Positions 39,833-52,290 of a stretch of DNA of 64,000 bases are shown piece by piece. The stretch is from Camelus dromedarius (Eukaryota), in contig NC_087436.1 of NCBI RefSeq assembly GCF_036321535.1, forward strand, positions 102,798,001 through 102,862,000, written 5' to 3'. How positions within the stretch are numbered: position 1 is the stretch's first letter; each line of letters opens with the position of its first letter. The notes beneath the pieces were generated by a model. It was not told the DNA's origin. It saw nothing but the letters and a program-made list of their open reading frames with translations, and did no database searches. A program made the translations under genes and the position numbers.

Positions 39833-40030
39833 CAGGGATATGCTGGTAAACTGGCCCCCTGATAAACAGGAACAAAAATCAAAAGTGCTGAGTTGTATGA
39901 TTTACCAATTTCCATGGTATGAATATTCCTATGAAGGTGAATTTCAGCCTATCAGCATGATAGGAGTTGGGAGAAATACGTACAGTTGACTCTTACAAGT
40001 GAGTAAAGAGCTGGTTCCAGCACACCACTC
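39833..40030. mobile_element. non-autonomous hAT DNA transposon (MER63-like)
   Basis: Terminal inverted repeats cagggatatgctgg...ccagcacaccact, flanked on both sides by cccagg; internal ggagttgggagaaat. Confidence 0.75.
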
Positions 40031-43000
40031 CCCAGGGTCACTGGCTTGCATAACCAGGTTGATTAGGATGTCATTAAAAGAGGGAATTGAGAAGAGACAA
40101 ATTTGAGAGAGAGAGATGGGTTGTGAATTTAGTTTGACATATATTGAGTATAATTTCCTTTGGATATATACAGATATAGCTGCCCATCCTAGTGGTTATT
40201 GAGTGGATAGAATTGGTGGGCAGCAGACAGAATTGACTATTCACCTTGGTGAATATTGATCAGTTCCTGACCTAGGACAGTATTTGCAGGGAATGTAGTG
40301 GAAAGGACATATTCAAAAGAAATAAATAACACATCAGAATCAATTGATAGAAGAGAAAGAAGCAAACAATGTTTGCAGATTTATTTCCTGGATGGCTTTT
40401 TTTCTGATGGTACAATTAACCAAGGTATACAAATTACAGATAGATAAAGGTTTGTAGGTCTGAGTCTTTAAAAATAATAAATTAAGTTTTAGATACATTG
40501 TATTTTAAATAGAGACCAAGAGAGAAACATTCCTAAATGGTGAGAAGAGAGCAGGACACACTATGGAAAAAATGGAACACAGGATACAAATAATTTGCAT
40601 TAACTGTGTGAGAAAGTAGTAAAAGATAAGACCCGAAATGTCGTACTTACAGAAATTAGGGATGGACTCAAATGCTGAAGGAAAAGAGATTAAAGAAAAG
40701 TGGTAGAGATACTGGAAGAAAGGAATATGATTAAAAAAACTTTATGATGAAATTGTAATTTATGAGATGATTTAGAATAGAGGAATCAAAACAGAAAGCC
40801 CTAAGGGAACACTTGTGGTAATTTGGCCTTGAGTAGATGGGATCTGGAAATATGATGCTCATGATGTCTGAAAAGAAAGGAATATTTAAGAATACAACTT
40901 TCCTTTTACAGAGTAAAAGAGATGTTCTCATTGCCTATCCAGATATTCAGAAACTGAAATAGTAGCCAGCAAAGGCACTGGCGTTTCAAAATTAACTATA
41001 AAGCTCACAATTTCAGAAAGAGAAAAGTGAAGGCACAAATGCCATGCTTATCAAAGAAAATGCAAACAATACATTCAGAGCTCAGATGGTTTGAGCTGCA
41101 GATGAAGTGGTAAAATCAGATTCATGGGGCAGATAGCCAAATGGAGTTTGGTAAGGAAAGGATACTAACCTGTGACAGTGCAACTAGCTGCTTTGTCTGG
41201 AAACGTCCTGCCTCTTTCCTTATGTTCAAGGCATACTTGACATTTTATTTTGCTATTCAAAATATAAAAATAAAAGTATATCAACTCTAACATACTGCTT
41301 TGTCCCCTTCTAGATTGCATGCCTTTCAGAACGGCTAGTTACAATTAGGTTCCATTACATAACACCTTAGAATAAACGTAGTTTTTAAGTTTGCTATGAT
41401 AACAAAATATGAAATATCATTATTAAGTGTTTTATTTCCAAGTATTTATATTGTTTTGTCATTATCACATGACCTTTATGCACACACTGAGTTTCATTGT
41501 CATTTTTAGCTGTATTTTTTATACTTTGGAAGAGGGTTTTTTCTCCTATTCTATTTGTTTCCTATTTTTGATAATATTCGATAATCATGGTATAAAAAAA
41601 GTTATGTGGTGAATACTTCCTTCTCTGGCTCTTCTAGCTATTAATTATCTCTTCTTTCTGGGAAATTATTTAGCAATCTTTACTAAAACAATTTTTTCCA
41701 CAACTAATATTGGATATACTGGTAATGAAACATTTAACATCTCGATTACTTTGATTATTGTTTATTTTTAAAATAAATATTTATGGATTTTTTCTTACCT
41801 ATTGTAACACTTACCACTATAACTTACTAGTCGTATAGGCCAGATCTGAGGCCTGATATTATCATTGTGATTTTACATTTAACTCAGTGTTTGGTGCAGA
41901 ATAATGCTGCCTAAATGCATGTTGAAATAGACTGCATACATTTCACTTCCTCCTTTTTTTTCCTTTCCTTTCCTTTTCCCAGAAAATCTTTTTGTTTTAT
42001 ACAGATTGGCCTTTCACAAACATTTTTGGAATTTCCTAATTCAATTCCAATTTAAACATGTCTTTGTTTACCACTTTTTCCAACTGCCATTCTAGTTGGC
42101 TCCTACCTCTTCCCTAACTTTATTTTAGGGGCTCACTCCCCCACAGTTCTCATTAGCACCTTAACTGAAGATAGATTCTGGAAGAGAAAGGAAATTATTT
42201 GGCTCAATCATTTCTCCTTTTGCTAGAAGCTATTATTTGAAACAAGCAAGCAAAAAAAAAGTTGGAGAAGTTGTTCACATATGTATGGATTCCAATTATC
42301 CATGTCAGCTCTGTTAACATTTGCTTGGATAGTTGAAATTTGATGGCATCAGAAATATTATTATTAGGTCTCATTGAACAATCTAAAGTAACCTAAAATT
42401 CATGCAGCCCTTACCAAGAAATAATAATATTGCTATGCAAATGTTAAATGTTGTAAGTTGCAAAGAAAGGATAATTGAACTAGGACTATAAATAACTTAT
42501 GGCATATATTAAAATAGAAAAAGAAATTTAAACTCACACTGTGGAATCAAATACATTTTTAAAATATACTAACATGGAAACTTGCTTCTTTACCACTTCA
42601 TGTCCAATTCGTGTCCATCCTATTTCTAACTGAAAATTTGTAATTTAAATAATACTTTATTTAAATTTATAGATTTTGAAGGAATTTCTTTGGGTTGACA
42701 TTAAACATTTACATATATATTTTAGTCAAGCAATAAGTGTGATATTCTGAATGACTGATAAATTAGTAATAAGTTGTTAATAGAGATATTTCCTTAGGTA
42801 TGTGAAACACCACCTGACTTGCACTTATACTGTGTGTACTTCTCAAGGGAAAAAATCACATCCTGTCACAAATGATGAAGAATTTGAGAAGCTGTCAGTG
42901 ATATTCACCAGAACTGATGGGAGTTGTTAATGTGTGATTTTGTTTCAAATGGGAAGCATCTAGGATACAATCTTAGCATCATTATTGATTCAAAAAATAT

Positions 43001-43367
43001 TACTTCTCAATGGTTATAAAAATCAGCAGGTGTACATTTCCTTAAAGTTTATAGCGTTAATGAACTCCAATTTAGTTTGTCTTCACTTCTGATTTGTAAG
43101 TCACAAGAAAGCCTGCTGAAACTGGTTTCATTAAGAAGTTTTAAATAGTATAACACTTGATTGAAAAAGTATAGAAACTTGAGAATTTTTAATGAGTAAG
43201 CCACATTTAGTAGGTTTTAACACAGATATTCTAGCTCTAAATCTTCATACTTTCTCTCTGGATAAAGATGAATGCAAAAGACCATCTCCAACTTGTTTAC
43301 ACTAGACTTTCAAATAAAATCTACAGAGGAAAAGGATGAGAGTCTGAATCTAAAATAATAGCCAATA

Positions 43368-44655
43368 AGGGAATGTCTGCTTCTAGTTAGAATTTAAAGC
43401 ATCATTAAAGACTATAGTTCTCATCCTAACAACAATAAACAACCTCAGAAGGTAAAAAATAAAGTATTTTAAAATTTACCAGAAAGTTCAAGATTCAAGG
43501 AAACCTAATGAAACTAAATTTCAGGGAAAGACAAGACATTTATAGACGAAAGAGACACTCAGCTGTTTTTAATCCATGGCCAAGTGAGAAAATAATGAAC
43601 ATGTCAAAGACTGGAGTAAGAAAAAGTCAAACTAAGTGTTAATAAGCCATTAATGTCTGGGTGTGAACTTGTATGGCACAATAGAATTCCAAGATGTCCC
43701 AGGCACAGGACAAATTTCACCCACTCTTTATTCTTTCCCATGGATCTACTTCAAGTGCATGAGTGCAATATGCCAAAAGCAAGTAAGGAAAGCTGAGATA
43801 CAAAGCACCTTGCTCTCTTAGGAACCAAAGAGTGAGAAGGCAGCAGGCAGGAGAGTGGAAAGAAATCTGAGAGACTGTCTTCACCTGTAGAAGATTGAGC
43901 AGTCTTCTCAGAAAGACATGAGAAATAAGAAACATCTTCTCTGGCACTGCAGAGAGTAAGGTATCCATATTCTGAATGCTGGGGGAAGGACAGAAGCATA
44001 GAAATGCATTTCCTGAGCTATAGAAAAATTAATGCAAATTTGAAGAGCAAAGGGAATCCTACAGCAAGTCTAAAACTGGGTGGCTAGACTGTGTAGGAGA
44101 GAGAGATCTTCCATAAAAAACTATAGGACACTCAAACAAGCAAGTAAATGTAATCCATATTTGAAAGATGATCTAGTTAATAGAGACAAACCCAGAGGTG
44201 AAGGTGCTGGAATTATGAGGCAGGAACTTGAAACTTATGGGCTTCATGGAAAATATAGACAACAGGTGTAAAATGATGGGAATTTTAAGAAACATAGACT
44301 CTACAAAAAAGAATCAAAAGAAAATGCTAGGGGAAATACTGATATAAGCATATGTGTAAAGGTAGATATAGCTATAGACACATACATATGCAAAGATACA
44401 GGTATATAAATGGATATATAGAATATGACAGATGGATAGATAGATGGATGATCACAAAAGAATTCATTAAAACGATGAACAAATTGAACATAAAGGAGAA
44501 AATGAGTGATCTTGAAGAGACAAAGTATTTAAGCTGAAGCATGATGAGAAAAGAGAATGGAATTAAAGAACAGAAACTGTGACAGCTGTAGGACAGTATT
44601 AACTTGTTGGCCATGAATGTAATTGGAATCATATTTTGCAGAATGAAAAAAGAAA
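43368..44655 (+). mobile_element. ancient L1M/HAL1-like 5' region and ORF1 coiled-coil remnant
   Basis: A-rich decayed ORF1 motifs aaaagaatcaaaagaaaatgctag, gaaaatgagtgatcttgaaga, gacagctgtaggacagtattaa, atgtaattggaatc. Confidence 0.65.
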
Positions 44656-44743
44656 TCTTTTAGCATTTTTTTTGTTGTTCAGGTCTATTGTAATTGAATA
44701 CTCTCAGCCTTTATATATCCAAAAATGTACTTACCTGACTTTC

Positions 44744-44905
44744 CTTTTGTTTTTTAAATTAAAAAAAAAACTTTTTGGGGGCTAGGGAGGTAATTAGGTT
44801 TGTTTCTTTGTTTATTTATTTATTTTTAATGGAGGTACTGGGGGTTGAACTCAGACCTCATGCATGTTAAGCATGCACTGTACCACCGAGCTATAATCCT
44901 CCCCA
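44744..44905 (-). mobile_element. tRNA-Ala-derived SINE (vic-1 type)
   Basis: ggtaattaggtttg...atggaggtactgggggttgaactcagacctcatgcatgttaagcatgcactgtaccaccgagctata; TSD ctgactttc at 44735-44743 and 44906-44914. Confidence 0.92.
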
Positions 44906-45092
44906 CTGACTTTCAGTTTGAGTGATTTTATTTTATTCGGGTACAGAATTTTAGATTAACAGGTGAGTTTCTTTTTCTTTTTCTTTTGGCCCTTTAATGG
45001 TGTTATTCCACTATCATTTAGCCTCCATTCTTTCAGGTGAGAAGACAGCCATCACACACGTTATTGTCCTTGAGACTGTATGTAATGTGTGT

Positions 45093-45638
45093 GTGTTTTT
45101 TTTTAATATTTTTTATTGATTTATAATCATTTTACAATGTTGTGTCAAATTCCAGTGTAGAGCACAATTTTTCAGTTTACATGAACATATATATAGTCAT
45201 TGTCACATTTTTTTCTTTGTGAGCTACCATAAGATCTTGTATATATTTCCCTGTGCTATACAGTATAATCTTGTTTATCTATTCTACAATTTTGAAATTC
45301 CGTCTATCCCTTCCCACCCTCTGCCCCCTTGGTAACCACAAGTTTGTATTCTATGTCTGTGAGTCTATTTCTGTTTTGTATTTATGCTTTGTTTGTTTGT
45401 TTTTGTTTTTGTTTATTTTTTTTTAGATTCCACATATGAGCAATCTCATATGGTATTTTTCTTTCTCTTTCTGGCTTACTTCACTTAGAATGACATTCTC
45501 CAGGAGCATCCATGTTGCTGCAAATGGCATTATGTTGTCAGTTTTTATGGCTGAGTAGTATTCCATTGTATAAATATACCACATCTTTATCCAGTCATCT
45601 GTTGATGGACATTTAGGCTGTCTCTATGTCTTGGCTAT
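45093..45638 (-). mobile_element. 5'-truncated L1 with a distinct 3'UTR variant and TSD
   Basis: ttttattgatttataatcattttacaatgttgtgtcaaattcc...ggacatttaggctg...ttggctat; TSD tgtaatgtgtgt at 45081-45092 and 45639-45650. Confidence 0.96.
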
Positions 45639-46479
45639 TGTAATGTGTGTTTTTGTTTCTGTTTTAACATTTTCTTTTTATCTTTGTTTTTTGTAAATTT
45701 GACTCCAATGTGTCTAAGTTTTTCTTTGCAGTTTTCCCTTCTTTCGGATTTTATAAGCTTCTAGATTATGGTTTACGCAGAAATTTTTAAATTCCTCAGC
45801 CATTATTTTTCCTAATATTTATCTTGCCCTATTTTGCCTCTGCTGTCCTACTGTGTTTCTCAGAGTATAATTACATGAACATAGATTTGATAGATTAAAG
45901 ACAAATTATAATCACAAGAGCAACCACTGAAAAAAATGACAATGAGGCTTAGATAAAGAAACATATTAGTTGGTAAGGTGATGTGACATGAGGTAAAGAA
46001 AGAGCATTTTATTAAAATTGAAGATACCAAAGTATATATGAGTCCTGATAGGTATAATCCAACAGAAGGGGGGAACATAGTGATGAAGGAGGTAAAGAAA
46101 ATCATTGACGATACAACTCATTGAATGTTGAGAGACAATGGGATCCAAGATACAAATAGAGGTATTGGGCTTAGAGTTAAGCAGGCAAAAATCTTTCACT
46201 TTTATGAAGAAAATAAAGAAACAGTTCTAGAGATTGATGCAAGCTGAGAGATTTGGTGCTGACATGATGAAATTGTTCTAATGCGATTCTTCTATTTTCC
46301 TACAGAAATAGGGGGAAAAAAGCATTAAAAGTCTGATAAGAGGAGAGATATGGTTCTTTTTGAGAATGTTAGAGTAGGGGTTTTAGGTAGTGATGGAGCC
46401 CTAGTAGAGATTTATCCTAAGAAGCTTGTATTTTTCCAGCCATATTCTCTTGTCAGGTATAATGTCTTTGTGGTGATAT

Positions 46480-46722
46480 TTCGAACCCTCTTCCGTCAAA
46501 GATAATCACTCCCTCTTCAATATACCTGTAAAACTTTGTACTAAATTTTATTACACGAGTGGTATTTGTATGGCAGTGTTTTCAATGTATACCTCTCACA
46601 CAGGATTATGAGTTCCTCAAAAAAAATGCAGTTTATCCTACTCATTTCTGAATCTGCTGTATCTGTTTCATTGCCTGGAGCTCAGGAGATGCTCCATAAA
46701 TATTTGCTGAATGAATCTATTT
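46480..46722 (+). mobile_element. L2 3' end
   Basis: ggattatgagttcctcaa...tgcctggagctcaggagatgctccataaatatttgctgaatgaat. Confidence 0.75.
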
Positions 46723-48571
46723 TGTTAAGCAAAGAAACTTGCAGTAAAATGACTGCCCCAGAGTTTTTAATAAATGGCATCTCTTTCTGCAAATATTGAA
46801 GTGAGATTAGATTTCTTTAGCATATTACACACATATATTAACCAAACACAAACAATCTAACTTCTAAGTTTTTTCTCTCCTCTTTGGACTGAGAGCTGTT
46901 GAAAACCAAATTAAATTATTCCCATCATTTTATTTCCTTCATTTAACAATGAAGGGATAAATGATTTGCACAAAAAAGGGTATTTTTGTCTCAACAGTGA
47001 ATTTAATTGATTATCTATTAAATGTAATAAAACCAAGTTTATCTATAAACAAAATTTTGAATTAATTATTTTATATTCCATTGTTCTTTCCGACCTATTT
47101 ACTGTTTTACCTCTTCCCTATTTCTGTATATTGCTGTTCAGAACTCTCTGAACCTGATCCAAAGAGAACCTAGAACTATTTGCCTTGGATAACAATTAGG
47201 AACTACCAAATAATTGTTTGATAAGATTGCACAGAGCCTCCTGATTCTTAACTTCCCTAAACCCCACTCAAAATTCGCCTGACTTTTATTTGATTACTTT
47301 GTATCCATGTATTAGTATCCCATTCTTCTTAGGAACTAGCCAAATATGGTTCAAGAACAAGTGAAAATGGCAGGAGGTATCCTGACCCCTCTGCCAATAT
47401 TAAACCTCAAGTGGGAACTCAGTGTATTCTTATTAGTTGATTGGATTTTTCTACATATTAGAAAACAATTTGGATTTTAAATGATTTCTTTCACTGATTT
47501 GATTAATGGTAACATTTCAGCAAAAAGTTCCAAAAGGAGTTTTTCTTGGCCTTTTCAATCTACTTTCTTAACACACTATATCATTAAAGTAGGTATAAGT
47601 TATTGCTGCATTCCTTGGACATTTTTTTGTTATGACCTACTTGGATTGCTAGTGGGCCAGGTTCTGGAATACAGATTTAGAAGATGTTAGACCTTAACCC
47701 ATTTCTTACATGTTAGTCACAGGGTCATCCAACTATGATGCTAGGGGCAGAGACGAAGTTCTTTCTCAGGATTTTATGTACAGGATGCATCGTGAAGAAG
47801 TATTTGACAGTACCACCCTATGATCTGAACACGGAGCTGATTATTTTTCTTTTCATTTATGTCTGTGTCTTTGTGTGAGGATAACACTGCAATCTTAACA
47901 ACATCCTAACGATTGAATTATATTCTTAACCGAGTATACTCACATAACTTAAAAGATAGAAATAGTTTCACCTGTTCCATTAAAATTCAAGGCATTCCTA
48001 CATTGTAGACATGTTTACTCTGTGTTTTGTTGCTTTGGAATTTTATCTCTTAAAAATATTTTCAAATTTATATCAGGAAGCATGCTAACAGAAAAACTCA
48101 AAATAGAACATAGAGAATTGTCACTCGGGTTAAGGAAGGGAAAAAAAATAACATTATTGACTCCTGACCTTAAAGATAGTACAATTGGAGAGTCTATCAT
48201 AAGAAATTGTATAATAATGTATTTGGAAAAAGCTTATAACTTTTAAAGGTGCCTGTTCTATTTCTGTTTGTGGGATTTTAACAACTACTGCTGCATTATT
48301 TTTGCTAAATCTATTTGAATAATTAAAAGGACAAGAAACACTGTAAATACTTCGGGTGATTGATAATCACTTCAAAAAGTTGTTTTTGAAAAATTAGTGA
48401 AAAGGATTCCTGAGTGTCCTGTTGGAATTCTACCACTATTAGGTTATTTGGGTAGTTTCTCTGAAAAATGATAACTGAATTAGAAGGGATCTGCAAACAA
48501 TATAAGCATTAAAGAAAGTCTCAGAAGTCATGGACTATGTCCTTAGCCATTATTGGGACAAAGTCAGAATA

Positions 48572-48598
48572 TCTACCTATCTTTATCTATTTATCTAT

Positions 48599-48646
<48 letters not shown>

Positions 48647-48650
48647 ACCT
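48572..48650. repeat. (ATCT)n tetranucleotide STR
   Basis: About 11 perfect ATCT units at 48601-48644 with degenerate flanking units. Confidence 0.97.
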
Positions 48651-51036
48651 ATCAACCTTCTGTTCTCCACACCCTAAGTTCCTTGCTAGCCTGACCCTCC
48701 AATATTATTGAAGCAATGTTTATATCAGCTTTTTATTACAACTGATTTTACAAGTGCCTTTGGATGCATGACAAATTTTCAACTGATGTGATGTGTGCAC
48801 TGCAAACCTGACTATTGCTTTTGAATCTAAAGAAGTAATTTCTTCTATGGCCTCTTGCAAATCTAAAAGCTCATGGGTAGGAGATAATTTTAGAAGAAAT
48901 AGCCAGGAGAAGAAAGGACTGATGGCAATACCCACGATATGTGTTCCAAGCCAACGAGTAGATGCCCTCCTTTCCTAAATGAAGATACTGCTTCATTAGT
49001 TACAAAAGAAAGCAAATCATTCTCATATCTTACTTTTGTTTCTCTAAACAACTGTAGATATCATTATATTACTGGAGCCATTTCCTGGGTCTAACTTCAA
49101 GGACAACCTTTGCCTGTGATCATTGTCCTCTGACACGTGAAGTCCTTGGAAGTAACAGCAGTTGATAACAACTACTCTCCCACGAGGGAAGAAAGAAATA
49201 TATCACGTATTCCACCAACCTCCAGACAGTACCTCTTAAGGAGCTCGCGTTATCAAGCACAAAGGTTTTTAAATAGCTGAAGATAATGGAAAAAGAATTA
49301 CTTAGAAAAGTGCTAAGTATGTTATTATCATCATTTTCCAAGATTCTTAGGTTTCTATTTTCAGCCAACTCTTTTCTTTTTCTTCGAATGAAAAACTTAA
49401 CAGTCGGCATGTATTTATTTTCTCACCATGACATATACATTGTTGGGTAATGTTTACAATTTATTAAACTCACTCAGTGTTAAATTTGCAGCAGAGTAGT
49501 AGAAATAATGGAAGCAATTTTAAGACTTAATTTATAAGGAAACTATCAGGAAGTGAAATTTCTAACCAGACTATGAGACATAATGAGATTTAGCTTTCGG
49601 AAATTCATAATAATGACATGTCCAGAAGTAACACTATATTTTCTATTAGAAAAATGTAAATATCTAAAAGAAGTCTTTATTAATATCATTTAAGATTTTT
49701 TTTTCTCAGAAATATTTAAATAAAACTGGCCAAGATTTTTAAATCATTTTCTCTCTCTCCTCACACATACATGAGGCTTGGTTCTGCAATTGATTTTTAA
49801 TGAGGCAAATCCCTGAAATTTAAAGTAGAAATCCTAAAGGACTTCTGTCAATTCCTTTCTATTAAGCTAATGACTTTTTGAAATAAATTATTTTAAGGAA
49901 AAAAAAAAACTAATGGGCTTTGCAACTATTGTTTTCACCCTAGTTGAAAAACCTTCAGGCAAGACATGCTTTTTGAAAGGCTACTTTTTTTTTTTTCATT
50001 TCTAAGAAATGTGCTTCCAATTAGTGAAAACAAATAAATAAATAGGATGAGCTCAGGGCTAGGAGCAACTTCTATGGACCCTGGGGTTCTTCAACTTGTA
50101 TTTGACCAAAACTAAAAATATTCAGCATAAGTGGGAGTGTATTAATAAACCTTATCCATAAATACTTTTGTTTAAAAATATTTTTCACCTTCTTTTTCAA
50201 GCCATTCTATTGTTTTAAAAGCCAAATCAGTTAAAATTCTATCTCCTAATATAAAGCAGTATCTATAGTTTTACTGTACTTCAAAGATTACTATTTCTTG
50301 TTCAAGAAAAAGTCTTAAAGTTTTTAGTGAATCTTCTTTTCCTAAAACTGAGTGAACCAGGTTATATTTTTCTCATTGGATTAATACTTTTTGAGACCAT
50401 AAATCTGACTTTCTTCTGAATATTCCCAGGTTCTGCCTATCTCTTTTGTATAATGAAAATTTCATAGTTTATATAAGGTCTTTCATCAGTAAACATCAGG
50501 TAATATGAAACCTATCCATGAATTAAAGTATTTTAAAGTAGAATTAAAGTGGTTTTCATTAGTCTTCTATTTATAGGCAAAGATGATAAGGAGAAATAGG
50601 CGTTTGTAGTTGCTGGGTTCGTGAGCAGAAACCCACACCTAGGAGCAAATATGAGAGGGAAAATGAAATAAACAGTGGTGAGAAATGCTTGGAGAGAACA
50701 GTGTTTGAGGTGAGAAAAGAGTGCTATTAATAGTTTCTGGAATGATTGCAAAAATTTGCTCTTCCATGACGATTTCCTAAATACTTAACATGTAATAAGT
50801 GTGTTAATGGAAATGATATAATGACATCATTTTTGTTTTATTTTGATGTTTTGAATTATACATAAAGACACTCACAAAGACATTTACAAATAAAAATCTG
50901 AAATGAATGTCTATGGAACAATTACTTATTAAAAGAAAGTTTGAATTAAACGAAAACTTTTTTTTTAATTGATTTGGGAATGTGGACTCATCTTATGTTA
51001 TGTGAGTTCAATTCCAATTCTTCAAATGAAACTCTA

Positions 51037-51152
51037 CAAAGTTAAACCTCTTCTCTTCATTTGCTTTTTTTCTCCCCTATCTCCTTCCATGTGGCAAAGT
51101 TAAACCTCTTCTCTTCATTTGCTTTTTTTCTCCCCTATCTCCTTCCATGCAG
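51037..51152. repeat. 58-bp tandem duplication
   Basis: caaagttaaacctcttctcttcatttgctttttttctcccctatctccttccatg is identical at 51037-51091 and 51095-51149. Confidence 0.98.
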
Positions 51153-51214
51153 CAAACAGATCTTTGGTGCATAACCTGCATTCCTCTGCCCTGCACCTCT
51201 GGGTTATTTGGAGG

Positions 51215-51420
51215 AGGTAATACCATGCGTGTACAGGACACAGGCTCTGAACGTTCACAGCTCACTTATTAGCTGTGTGACAATGGAGACATTATTCTGA
51301 CTCCCAGTCTCTTCATCTGTAAAAAAAGGGGGGCTAATTATGTCTACTTTGTAGAGTTGTTGTGAAAAATGACTTGAATTTTTGTAAGGTACAGAGCGCC
51401 AAGTTTGGCACAGTTCTCCA
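51215..51420 (+). mobile_element. MIR SINE
   Basis: cacttattagctgtgtgacaatggag...cagtctcttcatctgtaaaa...agagttgttgtga. Confidence 0.82.
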
Positions 51421-51474
51421 TTTTGTCCATCTACGGATTTCCATCACCTAGAATGGGGCTCAGCACATAGACTC

Positions 51475-51948
51475 TATATTAGTTTCCCATTGCTGTAGTG
51501 GCAAATCACCCTAAATTTAGTGACTTAAAACAACACAAATTTATCATCTTATTGTTCTAACAACACAGATTTATTATCTCACCATTCTGGAGATCAGAAA
51601 TCCTAAATCAAGGGCTGTGATCAAAAGAAGGTTCTAGGAGAGAATCTGCCTTCTTGCCTTTCTCAGCTTCTAGAATTGCCCACATTCCTTGGTTCCTGGT
51701 GACTTCCTCTCACCACCCAACATCTGCTTCCTTTGCCACACCTCCTCCTTCCTCCTTGGGCCTCTATTGGTCCTTGGGCTTCTATTGGTCTATTGGGCTT
51801 CTATTGGTCCTACTAGGAAAACCTTCCCATCATAAGATTCTTAAGCCTGTCACATCTGCAAAGTCTCTCTTACCATATGAACTAACATATTCACAGATGT
51901 GAGGGGTTAAACATGACATCTCTGGGGGCATTTAATATGTCCACAACA
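51475..51948 (-). mobile_element. MaLR solo LTR (MLT1D-like) with internal micro-duplications
   Basis: tatattagtttcccattgctg...ttaaaacaacacaaatttatc...ttctggagatcagaa...cacatctgcaaagtctct...taacatattcacag. Confidence 0.9.
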
Positions 51949-52119
51949 GTATCTCACCAATAAACAGTAAAAAGCTGGTTTTTTTCACTTATGTGTTTAT
52001 ATAGCCATTAAATAATTATCCATTTAATTTATATGAGTACAGTTTATTGAAAACTTAAGTTGGTAGAATATAAGTAAAAAACAACTTTATTTTCTTCACA
52101 ACAGTGTCCATTTCAAACC

Positions 52120-52290
52120 ACTTTTATCCTTTGTTTTCACAACAATCTTGTGAGCCTAACAATTTTTTTTTTCTTAATTTATAGAGAAAGAAACAAATAC
52201 AGCAAGGTCAAGTGATTCCCAAGCTCACACATCTCATAATTGGCATAGTTCAAAGATTCCAGGCTTTCTGCAGCCTTTTCTCTTCCAGGT
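52120..52290 (-). mobile_element. MIR SINE
   Basis: tcacaacaatcttgtgag...tttatagagaaagaaac...aggtcaagtgattcccaagctcacac. Confidence 0.75.

Larger units (their letters stand above)
44656..45892 (-). mobile_element. ancient L1M/HAL1-like ORF1 C-terminal half (inverted), hosting two younger inserts
   Basis: Minus strand gaaaaataatggctgaggaattt...ttctcacctgaaagaatggaggctaa...tggaataaca...aatctaaaattctgtacccg...aaggctgagagtattca, matching the RRM/CTD region of L1 ORF1. Confidence 0.7.

Noticed and set aside
42871..42920. Box C/D snoRNA-like ATGATGA...CTGA
   Set aside because: Under 50 nt between the boxes, no convincing terminal stem and no recognisable guide sequence.
51037..51152. CRISPR-like direct repeats
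   Set aside because: Only two abutting copies with no spacers, no cas genes, and a mammalian context.
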